This document shows positions 51,853 through 64,000 of a stretch of 64,000 nucleotides of DNA, one piece after another (the stretch's first letter is position 1; each line of letters opens with the position of its first letter). This DNA is from Mobula hypostoma (Eukaryota): NCBI RefSeq assembly GCF_963921235.1, contig NC_086097.1:237834001-237898000 (forward strand). The letters are read 5' to 3'. The position numbers were made by a program, and so were the translations under genes. The notes under the pieces were generated by a model. The model worked only from the letters and a program-made list of their open reading frames with translations, made no database searches and was not told the DNA's origin.

Positions 51853-52779
51853 TTTTTGAGAAGTGTATTAATGTGAACTGAAGTTAATAAAAAACAAATA
51901 TGATGTTATGTAACGAGGTGAAATAACATGTCATTACTTCTCTCAGTGAACATTGTGTGTTATAATAGTCCTTTGTGTTTAAATAGAGATAAAATGAATC
52001 TTCATATGAAAATAACAAAAAAAAACTTGAGGTATTGAAGTTCAGTACTGCTCTTGTTACAATTAAAATCTAGAAAAGATTGAGGAGATCTTCTGCCTCA
52101 AATTCAAGTTATTGCCATAATCCAACCAACGTAATTCAGCCCCTGCTGTCAATAATGTGTCCAGCTCACTATTTACCACCCACTTATAAATACCCTATAA
52201 CAGGATCAGAGTTTCTATTAGTGAATCCTTTTCAATGTGAACTTCTTTACCAAGATTTTGGCTCATAGAAGATTCAGCCAACTGAATGAGATTTTAACCT
52301 AGTTCATTAGAACAAAGCAAATAATTTAATAATATTCCAAGGAATTTTAATAAGGAAGATATCAAGGTAATGGTTATGAAAGAATTGGAAAATGTACTTA
52401 ATTTTCAGAAAGTAAGATAATCTGTATTTTGTTAACTGATCCTTTGAATAAATTTGTTATATCTCATTCTAGAGAAATTCAGGTATAATCAGGGAAGGTA
52501 TTTAATTTTTTGAGAAGTGTATTAATGTGAATTGAAATAAATAAAAACAATAATTATGTTATGTAACAGGTGAAAAAAATATTTAATTAATTCTCAAACT
52601 GAACATTTTGTTCTTGTGTTCCATTATGTTTAAATGATAGTTCAGAAAGATCTTCATGTGAAATTAAAAACTTGAGGTACTGACGTGCAATATTCTTGTT
52701 CCCAGTTAAATCTAGAACAGATTGATGAGATGAGAATTAATTTCTTCTGCCCCAAGTCCAAGATATTGTAAAAATCCAA
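51853..52779. repeat. Old direct repeat of about 270 bp (51853-52125 and 52507-52779)
   Basis: Colinear blocks tttttgagaagtgtattaatgtgaa, atgttatgtaac, aaaaacttgaggta, aaatctagaa and tcttctgcc. Confidence 0.85.
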
Positions 52780-53291
52780 AAAAATTTTTGGTGGATGTGG
52801 GTCAAAGGCACAAACGTGACAAACTTACTGGGGAAATATTGTGACCGCTGTGTGAAATATATCATGTCAACTTACAGTAATTAGCAAAGCATCATTTGAA
52901 AATTACTCCTGTGAGCAATATGGAGACAATTTCAGCTTGTAATAATGTGCCAGTGATAATTGTAAAAGACTCTGTAGGTGCATTAGCCACTAATGCCTCC
53001 AGTAATCTTTCTACCCCACCTATCATTGGCTAGCCACAATGCCTGTCAATGTCAAAGTTGACCCCTCCTTGATTCAGTTAACAATAATGCAAATGTTTCC
53101 AATGGATAGCAAAGCTTCTCTTAACACTTTGGGATTCTTGGATCTCCTGCAGTTGTTGTCAACATTCTTCTCTACTAGCAAGAAGGAAACACTGAGAAGT
53201 AGTTAAATGTTTATTGGTTCTATCATTTTAGGTACAAATTAGTATATTTGAAAGCCACATGTGGTGACACAAACAAGACTATGGAAGAACG

Positions 53292-53597
53292 GGCCATCAC
53301 ACTAGCATAGCAGTTAACATAACACGATTACAGTGCTAGCTGTAAGATCGGAGCTCAATTCCAGCCACTGTCTGTAAGGACTTTGCATACTCTCCCCATA
53401 ACCGTGATGGTTTCCTCCAAGTGTTCCAGTTTCCTCCCACATTCCAAAGAAATACGGTTAAAGTCAGTGAGTGTGGACATGCTCTGTTGGCACTGAAAGC
53501 ATGGTAACACATGTGGGATGCTCAACATAATCTTCACAAGGTTTCTCTGTATGCTTCAGTGTTTTGATGTACGTGTGACAAATAAAGCTAATCTTTC
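53292..53597 (+). mobile_element. V-SINE (HE1-like)
   Basis: Same architecture as 15947-16266. Confidence 0.75.
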
Positions 53598-53865
53598 AAG
53601 TCAGCTGCTGTCAGCGAAATTATTGACTGCATGCAGTTCAGCAGCTGGTGGTCAGCGAGCAAGTGTGGACAAGAGTTAGGTGGGTAAGGGGATGATTCTA
53701 TTATTGACATGGTGGGAATCGGGGAACTTCACAATGGTCCTAATGGTATTGGGGTTCTTCTTGGACAAGGTGATGTGAGGTGGCTTTTCAAAAGGTAAAA
53801 GCAATGGTGACATCAGACACTGTATTCACATGTTGTGATCCTCATTATCCAGTGAAGAATAAAGG

Positions 53866-54820
53866 TACCCAGAGCTGATAGAACCACTTCCTACAGTCCC
53901 AGAGTCAACTCCTACAACCACTAAGGAGGACGCCCCAGAACCTGAGATTGTTCTGCAGCCAAGGGAGATTGATCTCCCTTGTCAGAAAAGATGTTATCCC
54001 ACACGAGTAAGAAATCCTCCACAATGATTCAATCTTAGGCTTGAATAGGACAATTTAAATTTTAATATGCCTATATTGTAGTTATAGATGGAACAAATGA
54101 GGATATAGATAAATTCTATGAAGAGCTTGAACAAGCAAAGAATGGATGCAAATCTCAAGATATTGTTATTGTCATGGGAGATCTAAATGCTAAAGTAGGA
54201 CAAGGTGCTGATGGAAATACCATTGGGAAATTTGGACTGGGGAAAGAAATGAAAGAGGTGAGAAATGGGTAGAATGGTGCAAGATGAATAATCAGGTCAT
54301 TATGAATACCTACTTTAAAAAGCATCCAAGATGCTTGTGGACCTGGAAAAGCCCAGGTGATAACACTAGAAATCAAATTGACTTTATTACTATAAACCAA
54401 AGATTTAGAAACTCAGTGACTCAATGTTAAAAAAAAACTGGAAATGAATACCAATGAATTGATCCACTTGACCTGAAACAGGAGTGTGTGGGCCATAGCA
54501 GTCAAAGTTCAAACTGGGCATGGTACCCGATGATGATGATGATATTGTAGTTGTATTATACAGTATACTGTGTAAATAGTTGAGATGCATTTTTTTAATT
54601 TGGAGTTAAGAGCTAAGCAGGATGGAGTGTTGTGAATTTAATAGAGTGATATTTGAGTAATATTGTTCGATTAAGCATTCTTTGTTGTTTAAATAATTCA
54701 TTATGATTATATGCAAAAACACATAATTGGCATATTGCATACAATAAAAATGAAGTTAGACTTGCATTCTCAGCTCAGTTGTTTTCTTTTCAATTAGTTC
54801 TTACGTTTTAGAGTTACTAA
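53866..54820 (+). mobile_element. Gypsy-like LTR retrotransposon 3' end, interrupted by an RTE fragment
   Basis: ..KRCYPTRVRNPPQ pol-terminal motif; purine-rich tract then TGTTGTG at about 54628; AATAAA. Confidence 0.55.
54084..54541 (+). mobile_element. RTE (Bov-B-clade-like) LINE fragment, internally deleted
   Basis: IDKFYEELEQ..IVMGDLNAKVG..GKFGLG, then after a frameshift RNERG..WTWKSPGDNTRNQIDFI; (TGA)n tail; TSD atattgtagtt at 54073-54083 and 54542-54552. Confidence 0.88.
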
Positions 54821-54821
54821 A

Positions 54822-55041
54822 GCTCCTTCAATAATTCCAAAAGACTGAAGTAGGGTAAATACTGAAAGGCTTTTATTCACAGTAAGACGTGACCTCCATG
54901 CTGAATGTCTGCCCCTGGTCTGAGGGGGAGAAGCAGGGTGAAAACGCCTTTATTCAGGGTGCTGTGGGAGGAGCCACAGGGGCAGTCAGCAGAGGGGCGT
55001 CTCCAGACAGTTAACCCAGTTACTATATATGGTTTACCACA
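54822..55041 (-). mobile_element. Probable solo LTR
   Basis: Reverse strand begins TGTGGTAAACC; GC-rich middle; AATAAA near the end. Confidence 0.45.
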
Positions 55042-55493
55042 GTTACAAAAAAAAAGTAAGAGTTTATACAAAGTGACAGAAGTGATCCACGTTGTTCTAG
55101 AGCTTCAGAAGTCATTCAGGTTTTGAACGAGATTATTGAGATGACCCTGTGATAGAGAGCAGTTTATTGAAACTGATTGTGAAACTGATTGTTCAACTAC
55201 TTGATATCTGCACTGAACAATCCCCCAGTGGTGAGCTGGGCAACGATCGATTAGCGTAAAAATTGACTGATGCTGAACAACCCATCCTTAGTTCCATTAC
55301 TGCACTAGACTGATCATTTCAAATGTGTACCCAAAATTCAAAATTATGCCAAAGCTGCTCCGTGGAAATTCGCAGACTTCTTTTCCACCAGTATCAAAAA
55401 AAAAATTCAGACATTATTTTCTTTGGATTTCCTTCTCATGGAGTTGCACAAAATAAGGCAAGCAATTTTATGAATAAACAGCTAATTTTCATG

Positions 55494-56320
55494 ATAGAAA
55501 CATAGAAAACCTACAGCACAATGCAGACCCTTCGGCCCACAAGGCTGTGCTGAACACATACTCACCTTAGAAATTACCTAGGGTTACATAGAAACATAGA
55601 AACATAGAAAATAGGTGCAGGAGTAGGCCATTCGGCCCCTCGAGCCTGCACCGCCATTTATTATGATCATGGCTGATCATCCAACTCAGAACCCAGCCTT
55701 CCCTCCATACCCCCTGACCCCTGTAGCCACAAGGGCCATATCTAACTCCCTCTTAAACATAGCCAATGAACTGGCCTCAACAGTTTGCTGTGGCAGAGAG
55801 TTCCACAGATTCACCACTCTCTGTGTGAAGAAGTTTTTCCTAATCTCGGTCCTAAAAGGCTTCCCCTCTATCCTCAAACTGTGACCCCTCGTTCTGGACC
55901 TCCCCAACATCGGGAACAATCTTCCCGCATCTAGCCTGTCCAATCCCTTTAGGATCTTATACGTTTCAATCAGATCCCCCCTCAATCTTCTAAATTCCAA
56001 CGAGTTGTTCTGAGCTCCATGTACCTATCCAGGAGTCTCTTAAAAGACCCCACCACAGCCCTGGGAAAAAGCTTCTGACTATCCACACGATCAATGCCTC
56101 TCATCATCTTATGCACCTCTATCAGGTCACCCCTCATCCTCCATCATTCCAAGGAGAAAAGGCCGAGGTCACTCAACCTATTCACATAAGGCATGCTACC
56201 AAATCTGGGCAACATCCTTGTAAATCTCTTCTGCACCCTTTCTATGGTTTCCACATCTTTCCTATAGTGAGGAGACCTGAACTGAGCACAGTACTCCAAG
56301 TGGGGTCTGACCCAGGTTCT
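55494..56320 (-). mobile_element. Older CR1 3' end with a young CR1 3' end (55586-56005) nested inside
   Basis: Two (TTTCTATG)-type tails; ORFs 55686-56000 and 56144-56353. Confidence 0.88.
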
Positions 56321-58444
56321 AGTACCTCTCAAAGATGATCTTGTACATTCCATTCAAAAGTGAAGATATTTCAGAGGTCAACAAAGACATCATGGAGCAG
56401 TTACTATTGTTCAGTTTTATCGATCTTCTGGCAAATACAGTATAAGGGAAAATACCAGCTCGAGCCTGAGTCACACTCGGTTTTAGAATGTTCTCTTTCA
56501 GCAGCGATAAGTGTTTCCAGCAAGAACCTTTCATGCATCGTGCTGACCATAGTATGTAGATGGTTGCAAATGTGAAAGGTTGTAAATGACCTTTCTCTTT
56601 CCATAGAGTATAAAACATTGCAACTCTCTGATCCTAGCAATCATAAAGAAGTTTAAGGATGTTATTCAAATGATTGAGCCTACTGCATGTAGAACATTAA
56701 GATAGTTTGGTTAATTCCCAAAATCACTTTGAAAATGTTTTTAAACACCTTTGGGAGTTAGTATTTGGTCTAATTCCCCTTTGTTGGAAACTGTGCGATA
56801 GGAGCTCAGGCAGTCTCAGAGATAATGACGTCCTTTGGGATATTTCATAATTATCAGTCCACTTGTCAGAATGTTTTGCCCTCAAAGTCACCACAATACA
56901 TTTTTAGCTTCAGGCACATAGTCTTCGTGTGTTTTGGACCATATCTCTCTGAGAAGTTGCCCTCTGTCAAAGAAGGGCTGATCCTTTTTGCAATAGTCTT
57001 GTCAATAGATGTAGATGCTTGCAACTTTCTGGACAGCAGCCTTAGATTCTTTGAACAAGTGTTTTGGGACTAAGATGGCTCATGGACTAAGGAATTCCCT
57101 ACTGAGGCTTCTTTTCTGCCAGAACACTAGTTATTCTTGACCATTGGCTGTTTATTCTTCCCTGATCTTCATTACTGAAGAACCCCTGGTTATGATGATA
57201 GGTGAGAAATTCAAACCACAGAATTGAAGCTAACTATACAGAAGACTGTCAAATAAAACCTGCCTAGTCTTTGCTTTCCACATGACTCTTTTCTGAAAAA
57301 AAAAGTCATCTCAAGTTCAATTTTCTAACTCGTACTTATCCGCAAATGTCAGGCTTAAAACAACTCTATCTTGCACAATAATGCTTCATAGCTCTAACTC
57401 TGCTCTGTTGTGAGTATTAAGTTCATGCAGGGTCTTTTCTCAACTTTGAATCCCAATTTCCTGGAAAATGCTGGATATCAGAACAGTGGGTTTTGCACTG
57501 GACCACACTTGGCCACAATAAAACAGTTTCTTCATGACTTTTCTGCTCAGTTGTGAACTATTCCCATGTTCTTTAGAAGTATAACTGTAATATTTGTTTA
57601 TTTTAATGACATCCATTATCTTTCTTGTAAAAATGTTTTACTACTGTAAGCTGCAGTCTCATTTGCCTGTTAGAGTAAGTATGAGAGATGCCATGTTCAG
57701 AGATGAAAAATGCTAGAGTCATGGAGTTACATAGGATAGAAACAGGTCCTCCAATTCAGCTTGTCCAAGTTGCTTCCCTGAGTTCGTCCCATTTGTCTGC
57801 ACACCTCTTGGTTACTTCTTCAAAAACCCTCAATTCATAAGACACGGTTTTTCATATACAAAGCTATACTAACTAACTTAATCATTTTTTGCCTTTCTAA
57901 ATGCAGTTGGATCACATCTCCCAGAATCCCCTCCAGTAACTTTCCCACCAATAGCATTGGGCTCACCAATTTGCAGTTCCCTCGCTTGTTCTTGCAGCCT
58001 TTCTTAAGTTAAGACATATCACTGGCAACCCTCCAGTCTTCCAGTCCCTCACTCTTGGTTAACCTCTGTCATGCCAGGCAATTTCTTTCCTACAGTGCTA
58101 CAATATACTAGGGTACACTTGGTCAGGCCCTGGGTATTTATCCATCTCCATGCAGTTCAAGACTGGCAACATCTCCTCATCTGTAATGTGGATATCTTTC
58201 AAGACATCTCTATTCCTGGATGGCATGGTAGCAAAGCTGTTAGCATAATGCAGTTCCAGCAGCAGCCACCTGAGTTCAATTCCACTGCTGTCTGTAAGCA
58301 ATTTGTGCGTTCTCTGTGTGACAGCATGTGTTTCCTCTGAGCGCCTCCATTTCCTATCACATTACAAAGGTGTGCAGGTTAGTAGATTAGTTGGTCACAT
58401 GGGTGTAATTGGGCAGTGCAGACTCATTGAGCCAAAACTATTTC

Positions 58445-59845
58445 AGACACGGAGAGTCTCCCTGTGGAAATCAGATGATTACACGTGGTGCTCCTACATA
58501 ATGGCTACAAGGTGAGGGAAATCAACTGGGTCCTTAAAAGGGTCGACAGAAAAACCAATAAACCTCTAAAACACTTACAATTAATTTACAACCTAACAAA
58601 TTAACTGTGCTTTTTGGAATAATTCCTCAAAATATCCATGGTATCTCTATGTCTGACCAACATGTTATTGCATTTGTTACATTGATAATTAGCAGGGCCA
58701 TTTTGTTGAAGTGGAAGGATACAACGGCTCCCACTTTGTCACAATGGTTCTCTCAAGCGATGCTGTGTCTTAGTTTGGAGAAAATTAGAAGTCGAACCTT
58801 TGAACCTATGTTTGATTTTGAGAAAAGATGGGGTTCATTTGCTCGTTTTAACATTTGAGTTAATTGATGGATTCTCCATGATCTAATTGCAAATTTTTTG
58901 GTACTTTTTTTTTGCTGGTGGCTTGATTTTTATCTTTAGAAGCTTTATGTACGAAGCATGGCTCTGGGGTTGAACACTTAATTGGGTTTTTTCTTTTTTC
59001 CCATTTTTCTTGCTTAGTAGGGTTTTTTTCATCACAAATTATTTTCAATCTTTATATGATGTTTTTTTTCTTGAGACATTGCAAGTGTTGTTTACTTCAA
59101 TGTACTCATGTTTATTTTGGATAAAAATAATAAAATGATTTGAAAAGAAAGAAAGAAAAACCAATAAACCTAACAATGAGGAGAAACCTGTCATTACCAC
59201 CTATATTTCAACGGTTTCTGGAAGGATCACCAGGATCCTGAAGAAATACCAGATTACTACTCCTCACAAACTCATAAGGAAGCTAAACTCATAGTTTATG
59301 TGAGCCAAAGATGACCTGAGACTTAGGTTTCCAGGATTCCCTACGATTGCGGACCAGACGGGTTACACAGTGGAATCCTGCATCAAGGACCACAGGAGGT
59401 ATATTCATTTGCGTTATGAGGAGAAATTGTCTGCGGCAGGACATTCCATCCACAATTGCCATAGGATTGACTTCGATGGCACAAGACTACTGTGCTACAC
59501 CAATAGCTTTTGGGACCACCTGGTAAAGGAAGCCATTGAAACAGAACTAGAGGAAAAGAATTTTAAGAAAGACAAAAGTCTCATTCTAAATAAGAACTGG
59601 AATTTGAATGTGACTAAGCTGGGAGAGCAGAAACCTGATTGGATGAGGAGCAACCATTCAGGAGGGTCGGACTACAGGGGTATAAATACCACCGGACTAG
59701 ACACGCCCAGGCAGCATCCCTGATGAAAATGGCAGAGCTTGTCAACAAAACGTCGGTTATAATCAATATTTGTGCCCAGCTGGGAGCCCGAGAGGAGTTT
59801 CTTCGTCATATAGGCCGCGAAAGCACTCGATCCATTTCCACTTTA
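58445..59845 (+). mobile_element. Penelope-like element, same family as 32898-33951, split by an L1 insertion
   Basis: Colinear with the reverse complement of the 33-kb copy; FWDHLVKEAIETELEEKNF; hammerhead relic at 59716-59758. Confidence 0.85.
58566..59153 (+). mobile_element. L1-clade LINE 3' end
   Basis: RAILLKWKDTTAPTLSQW..LSLEKI..FEKRWGSF; T-rich UTR; AATAAA and (GAAA)n tail; 18-bp TSD agaaaaaccaataaacct at 58548-58565 and 59154-59171. Confidence 0.85.
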
Positions 59846-60039
59846 TTACTTATCCGCACTGCAGTCTTTTAGTAGCATTTACACTTCATCTTGCATTGTT
59901 ATTGTTTTACCTCAATCCAGCTGAATGCACTGTGAAACGAATTGATCGCTGTGAGCAGTATGCAAGACAAGCTTTTCACTGTATCTTGGTAATAATAAAC
60001 CAACAACCGTACAACTTTTGTATCATTCTGCCAGCTACC

Positions 60040-60440
60040 ATCAGCCATCATGTTAGCCTGACACTAATACACCTTAGTGTATCTGAGTTCAGAGTTCATT
60101 TCTGGCATCCTCTGTAAAAAAAATTTGCACGCCCTTCCTGTGAGCATGTGGGTTTCCTCTGGGTGCTCCAGTTTCTTCCCACATTCAAAAGACAAACCAG
60201 TTGGTAGGTTAATTGGCCACTGAGAATTGTCCTGTGATTAGGTTAAGGTTAAATAGGTGGATTGCTGGGAGGTGATTGTTGGGCCAGAAGGGCCTGTTCT
60301 ACAACGTATCTCTAAATTAAAAAAACACAGTGATAGAGGGCTGTGGGTAACCCGTGGTAATTTCTTAAGTATGTACATGCCCGGCACAGCATTGTAGGCC
60401 GAAGGGCCTGTATTGTGCTGTAGGTTTTTCAATGTTTCTA
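60040..60440 (+). mobile_element. V-SINE followed by a CR1 tail
   Basis: V-domain at about 60147-60190; ggccgaagggcctgtattgtgctgta tail. Confidence 0.7.
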
Positions 60441-63400
60441 ATCATGGTCATGGAGAGACCACGATCGCCCAAGTCATATTACACAGCACATAACGACAGG
60501 GAAGAACCCCGGGAAATTCAGGCCTGAAGACCGCCCTCCCCCCCTCCACCTGCACACACAAGATCTTTTAACTTTTACAGGAGAGACAACTTTCCTTTCA
60601 GATGCTGAACAAAGTGACTTTGGAAACTCTACCTTCCACCTCTTCATTAAGCTCAATTTCATTATTTGAGACTGCCTTAAGCATTTCCTTACCTCCTGGT
60701 CTGAGTTCCTTCTCTGATCAAGTTCCTAATACCTCTTTGCAAGGCATTTCAAATTTCATGGACTTTTAGGTCTGTGCATGCAGCTCTTACACACTATCCT
60801 TGCAAGTCCTTGAAAAATCATTACTAAGAACCATAAATATGTGATAGTCATCAATAAATCCAATAGTAAATTTAGGCATAACAACTTCACTCTTGCAGCG
60901 CTTAACAGCAAATGTGGAGAATGCTATACAGGTTTTAACAGGCATTTTCTAACTGTCTGCATCACCGTCTGGCATGGAGGGTTGGGAAGAACTACTGCAC
61001 AGGATCGAAGTAAGTTGCAGAGAGTTGTAAACTTAGTCAGCACCATCCTCCCTAGGACAAGGACATCTTTAAGGAGAGATGCCTCAAAAAGGCGGCGTCC
61101 ACCATTAAAAACCCCCATCATTCAGGTCGTGGTTTGTTCCCACTGCTACCATCAGGAAGGAGACAAGGAAAAGGAAGGAGATACAGAAGCCTGAAGGCAC
61201 ACAACAGTGTTTCCCCTAATTTGGAATGACCAATGAGTGCAAAAGTCTTGTGCTGTGAATTTTTTCGCCCATTGACAACAACAGGTATGCACTGAATTTT
61301 TAAGTGAAGGTAAAGCTGAAGCTATCTGAAGATAATAAGCCATTCCACTTTAAATGAATTTGCAGTTCTTTTGCTCTTCACACCCTTTGCTTCTTTGGAA
61401 TTCAACAGTGTGAATCAATAATTTCTTCAATAAAAAAAGTATAAATAAGCCACTTCTAAAATCTGCAGACAAGTAATCACACACTCCACATTGTTAACAC
61501 AATCCGCACCAGAAACCGGAAAGGGAAATGTGACTGTGTATGATAGGGAAATATACATAACATGCCAATAGGGTAGAGGGTGACAATCTTTTGTGCTGAG
61601 TTTAAGTTCCTTAGTGTGCTAGTAGCAAAAGATGTGAGCGTGCATACCTTTGAGGGAACATTGGCATGCACTCAATGAATCAGGAACATTATACTACTTA
61701 CACAAAGTCAGTAAATTTTACGATATATGCCGGTGATATTCAACCTGATTCTGATTTACTGTATGTAAATGAAGAAAAGGACAGAAGAATTTATTTTTGA
61801 CAGAAGTGCTCGGGTGGTGCATATCTACCATCATCAATCCATTGGGCTAAACGGTCTGTACATATATCTGATTTTAAACACAAGAGATTCTGCGTATGCT
61901 GGGAATCCACTGCCTGACCTGCTGAGTTCTCCCAGCATGTTATGATATATATAATCTTCAAAGATTTCAAAGTTGAAACAATTCATGATTTTCTATTTCT
62001 TTTGATGTATTCTGGAAATGTTTGTCCTTTTTGACTTGATTCAGTATCACACGTCACTTATATTACTAATCTATCGTCCAATGATGCACAATGCATGGTT
62101 CCCTTGACCTTGCCCAAAACTTAGCAAAACCTGATTTAACCAGACAATACAACATGCAGGGGTTCAACTGAAGAATCCGATTCAATAATTTTACCTTTCC
62201 TGTGAATTCAGCCAGAGAAATGCTGATATGAGCTCTGACAAAAGTAGTGATGTGAAAACTCATTTCCCAGACCCATTGTGGTCAAAGTGAGCCTCAATAT
62301 TAACTGAGAATCTCCTTGACCATCTAATCCAAGTGGAAGTTTATTTTGTTTTATTGAGTGTTAGGGAAAGCGTTCAAAGTGCAAAACGTAGGGTATATGT
62401 GCTCTATCTTAAGAATTAGACTGCAGCCAAGTCACACATGCCCTCAGTAAACACTTGAATCAGCACATCTTTCAAAGGATCAGAAGAAGGTTAAGCACCA
62501 GAAAATCATTCATGTCTCTCTATTAAAACTCAAAAAATTGTGTGAGGTTTAAATTAGTCTCCAGAAGTGAGGTTGATTAAATACTTCAAAAATAAAATCA
62601 TTAGATCTTTTGTAAGACTTTTTATTTGATGGGGAACCAAGGCCAAGGTAGTTAAGATACAAATCAGCTGTTTTCCAGTTCAATAATGAAACAGGCTGGA
62701 GGGAGTAGATCACTGTTCCGATGTCAATTCATTTTACAGGGAGATTAAGCAACACAATCACACCTCAGTTCAATCAGGTTTACTGTAAGGCTGCTGGAAA
62801 TTGAAGCACTGGTATTTCAGCTACTTCTTTCAGTGAATGCAAGATGAATGGTTAAAATACATGTTATATTGTTGAGAAAAATTGGTGGAAGAAGATGGCG
62901 CCAGTGAATGCGACTGAGGGTGACGTCCTCCAGATAGTACACAGAACTCCTTCTTTCGCTTCTTTTAAGTCTTCTTTCTCTTTTATTTGTGGCCTGTGAT
63001 GTACAGTTTGATGGCCTGCAGATAACAAACACTGAGCTGAACTGAATATACCTGGACTATTTGGATTTTGTGTTTTATATTCTATGTTTTTTTTGCGCCT
63101 TTTGTTGCTGTTTACGCAATTCTTTTTTTTGCACTTGGGGGGGTTGATGTTTTCTTTGAACGGCATCATGGTTTTCTTGGTTTCATGACTGTCTGCAAAT
63201 CTGTAAGTCTGGGCCAGGGAATGGAAGTTGGAAGCCAATGTTTGTGAGTCGGAGATTTGGGGGCCAAGGACAGGAGATCAGAAGGCAGTCTGTCCTGGGA
63301 TTTGAGACCTGACTGTGTGAATGGATGGGTGGGTGGATGTAAAAGCTGGAAAGGAGCTTGTTTTACTGTTGTATTGTTTTATCATTGTTGTCGTTATTGT

Positions 63401-63604
63401 TTCTTCTTGTGTTGTTCTGCTGAACATTGTGAGCCACACCACATGGGTGCCGAAATGTATGGCAACACTTGCGGGCTGTCCCCAGCACATCCTTAGACGC
63501 GCTGACTGTTAACAGAAATGATGTATTTCAATGCACATATGATAAATAAATCTGAATCTAAACCTGCTCTGGCTGTACTTTATTAATTTTTGTTGATCCA
63601 CCAT

Positions 63605-64000
63605 GGATCGACTTTTTCACCCAGAGAGTTGTGGATCTGTGGAATGCTCTGCCTCAGAAAGCTAATGGTATGCTGGCCTTCATAACTAGAGGGATTGAGT
63701 ATAAGAGCAAAGAGGTCTTTCTGCAGCTGTGCAGGGCCCTGGTGAGACCACTACCGTGTGCAGTTTTGGTCTCCAAATTTGAGGAAGGACATTCTTGCTA
63801 TTGAGGGAGTGCAGCGTAGGTTCACGAGCTTAATTCCCAGGATGGCGGGACTGTCATATGTTGAAAGATTGGAGCGACTGGAATTTAGAAGGATGAGAGG
63901 GGATCTGATTGAAACATATAAGATTATTAAGGGATTGGACACGCTAGAGGCAGGAAATATGTTCCCGATGTTGGGTGGAGTCCAGAACCTGAGGCCACAG
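63605..64000 (+). mobile_element. CR1 3'-region fragments running off the window
   Basis: gagggagtgcagcgtaggttcacga..ggatctgattgaaacatataag. Confidence 0.85.

Overview
Vertebrate, repeat-dense DNA; the repeat families suggest a cartilaginous fish, probably a ray (inference). The window appears to lie inside a minus-strand CSMD-family gene, most like CSMD3. Only two coding exons are recognisable: a 113-nt CUB-domain exon (39414-39526) and a 78-nt linker exon (11763-11840, missed by the ORF track), which splice in frame across a 27.6-kb intron. The other recognisable ORFs are transposon relics: CR1, Rex1/Babar, L2, L1, RTE, Penelope-like, Gypsy, Tc1/hAT MITEs and tRNA-derived SINEs, often nested with clear target-site duplications (TSDs). 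The most notable signals are (i) a Penelope-derived cassette with three minimal hammerhead-ribozyme motifs, a 226-nt tandem unit and a 97-bp hairpin (3912-4369), and (ii) four RBFOX UGCAUG sites just downstream of the 78-nt exon. I see no convincing wholly new protein-coding system. Family calls rest on motifs recalled from memory, not database searches; repeat boundaries are approximate unless a TSD is given.
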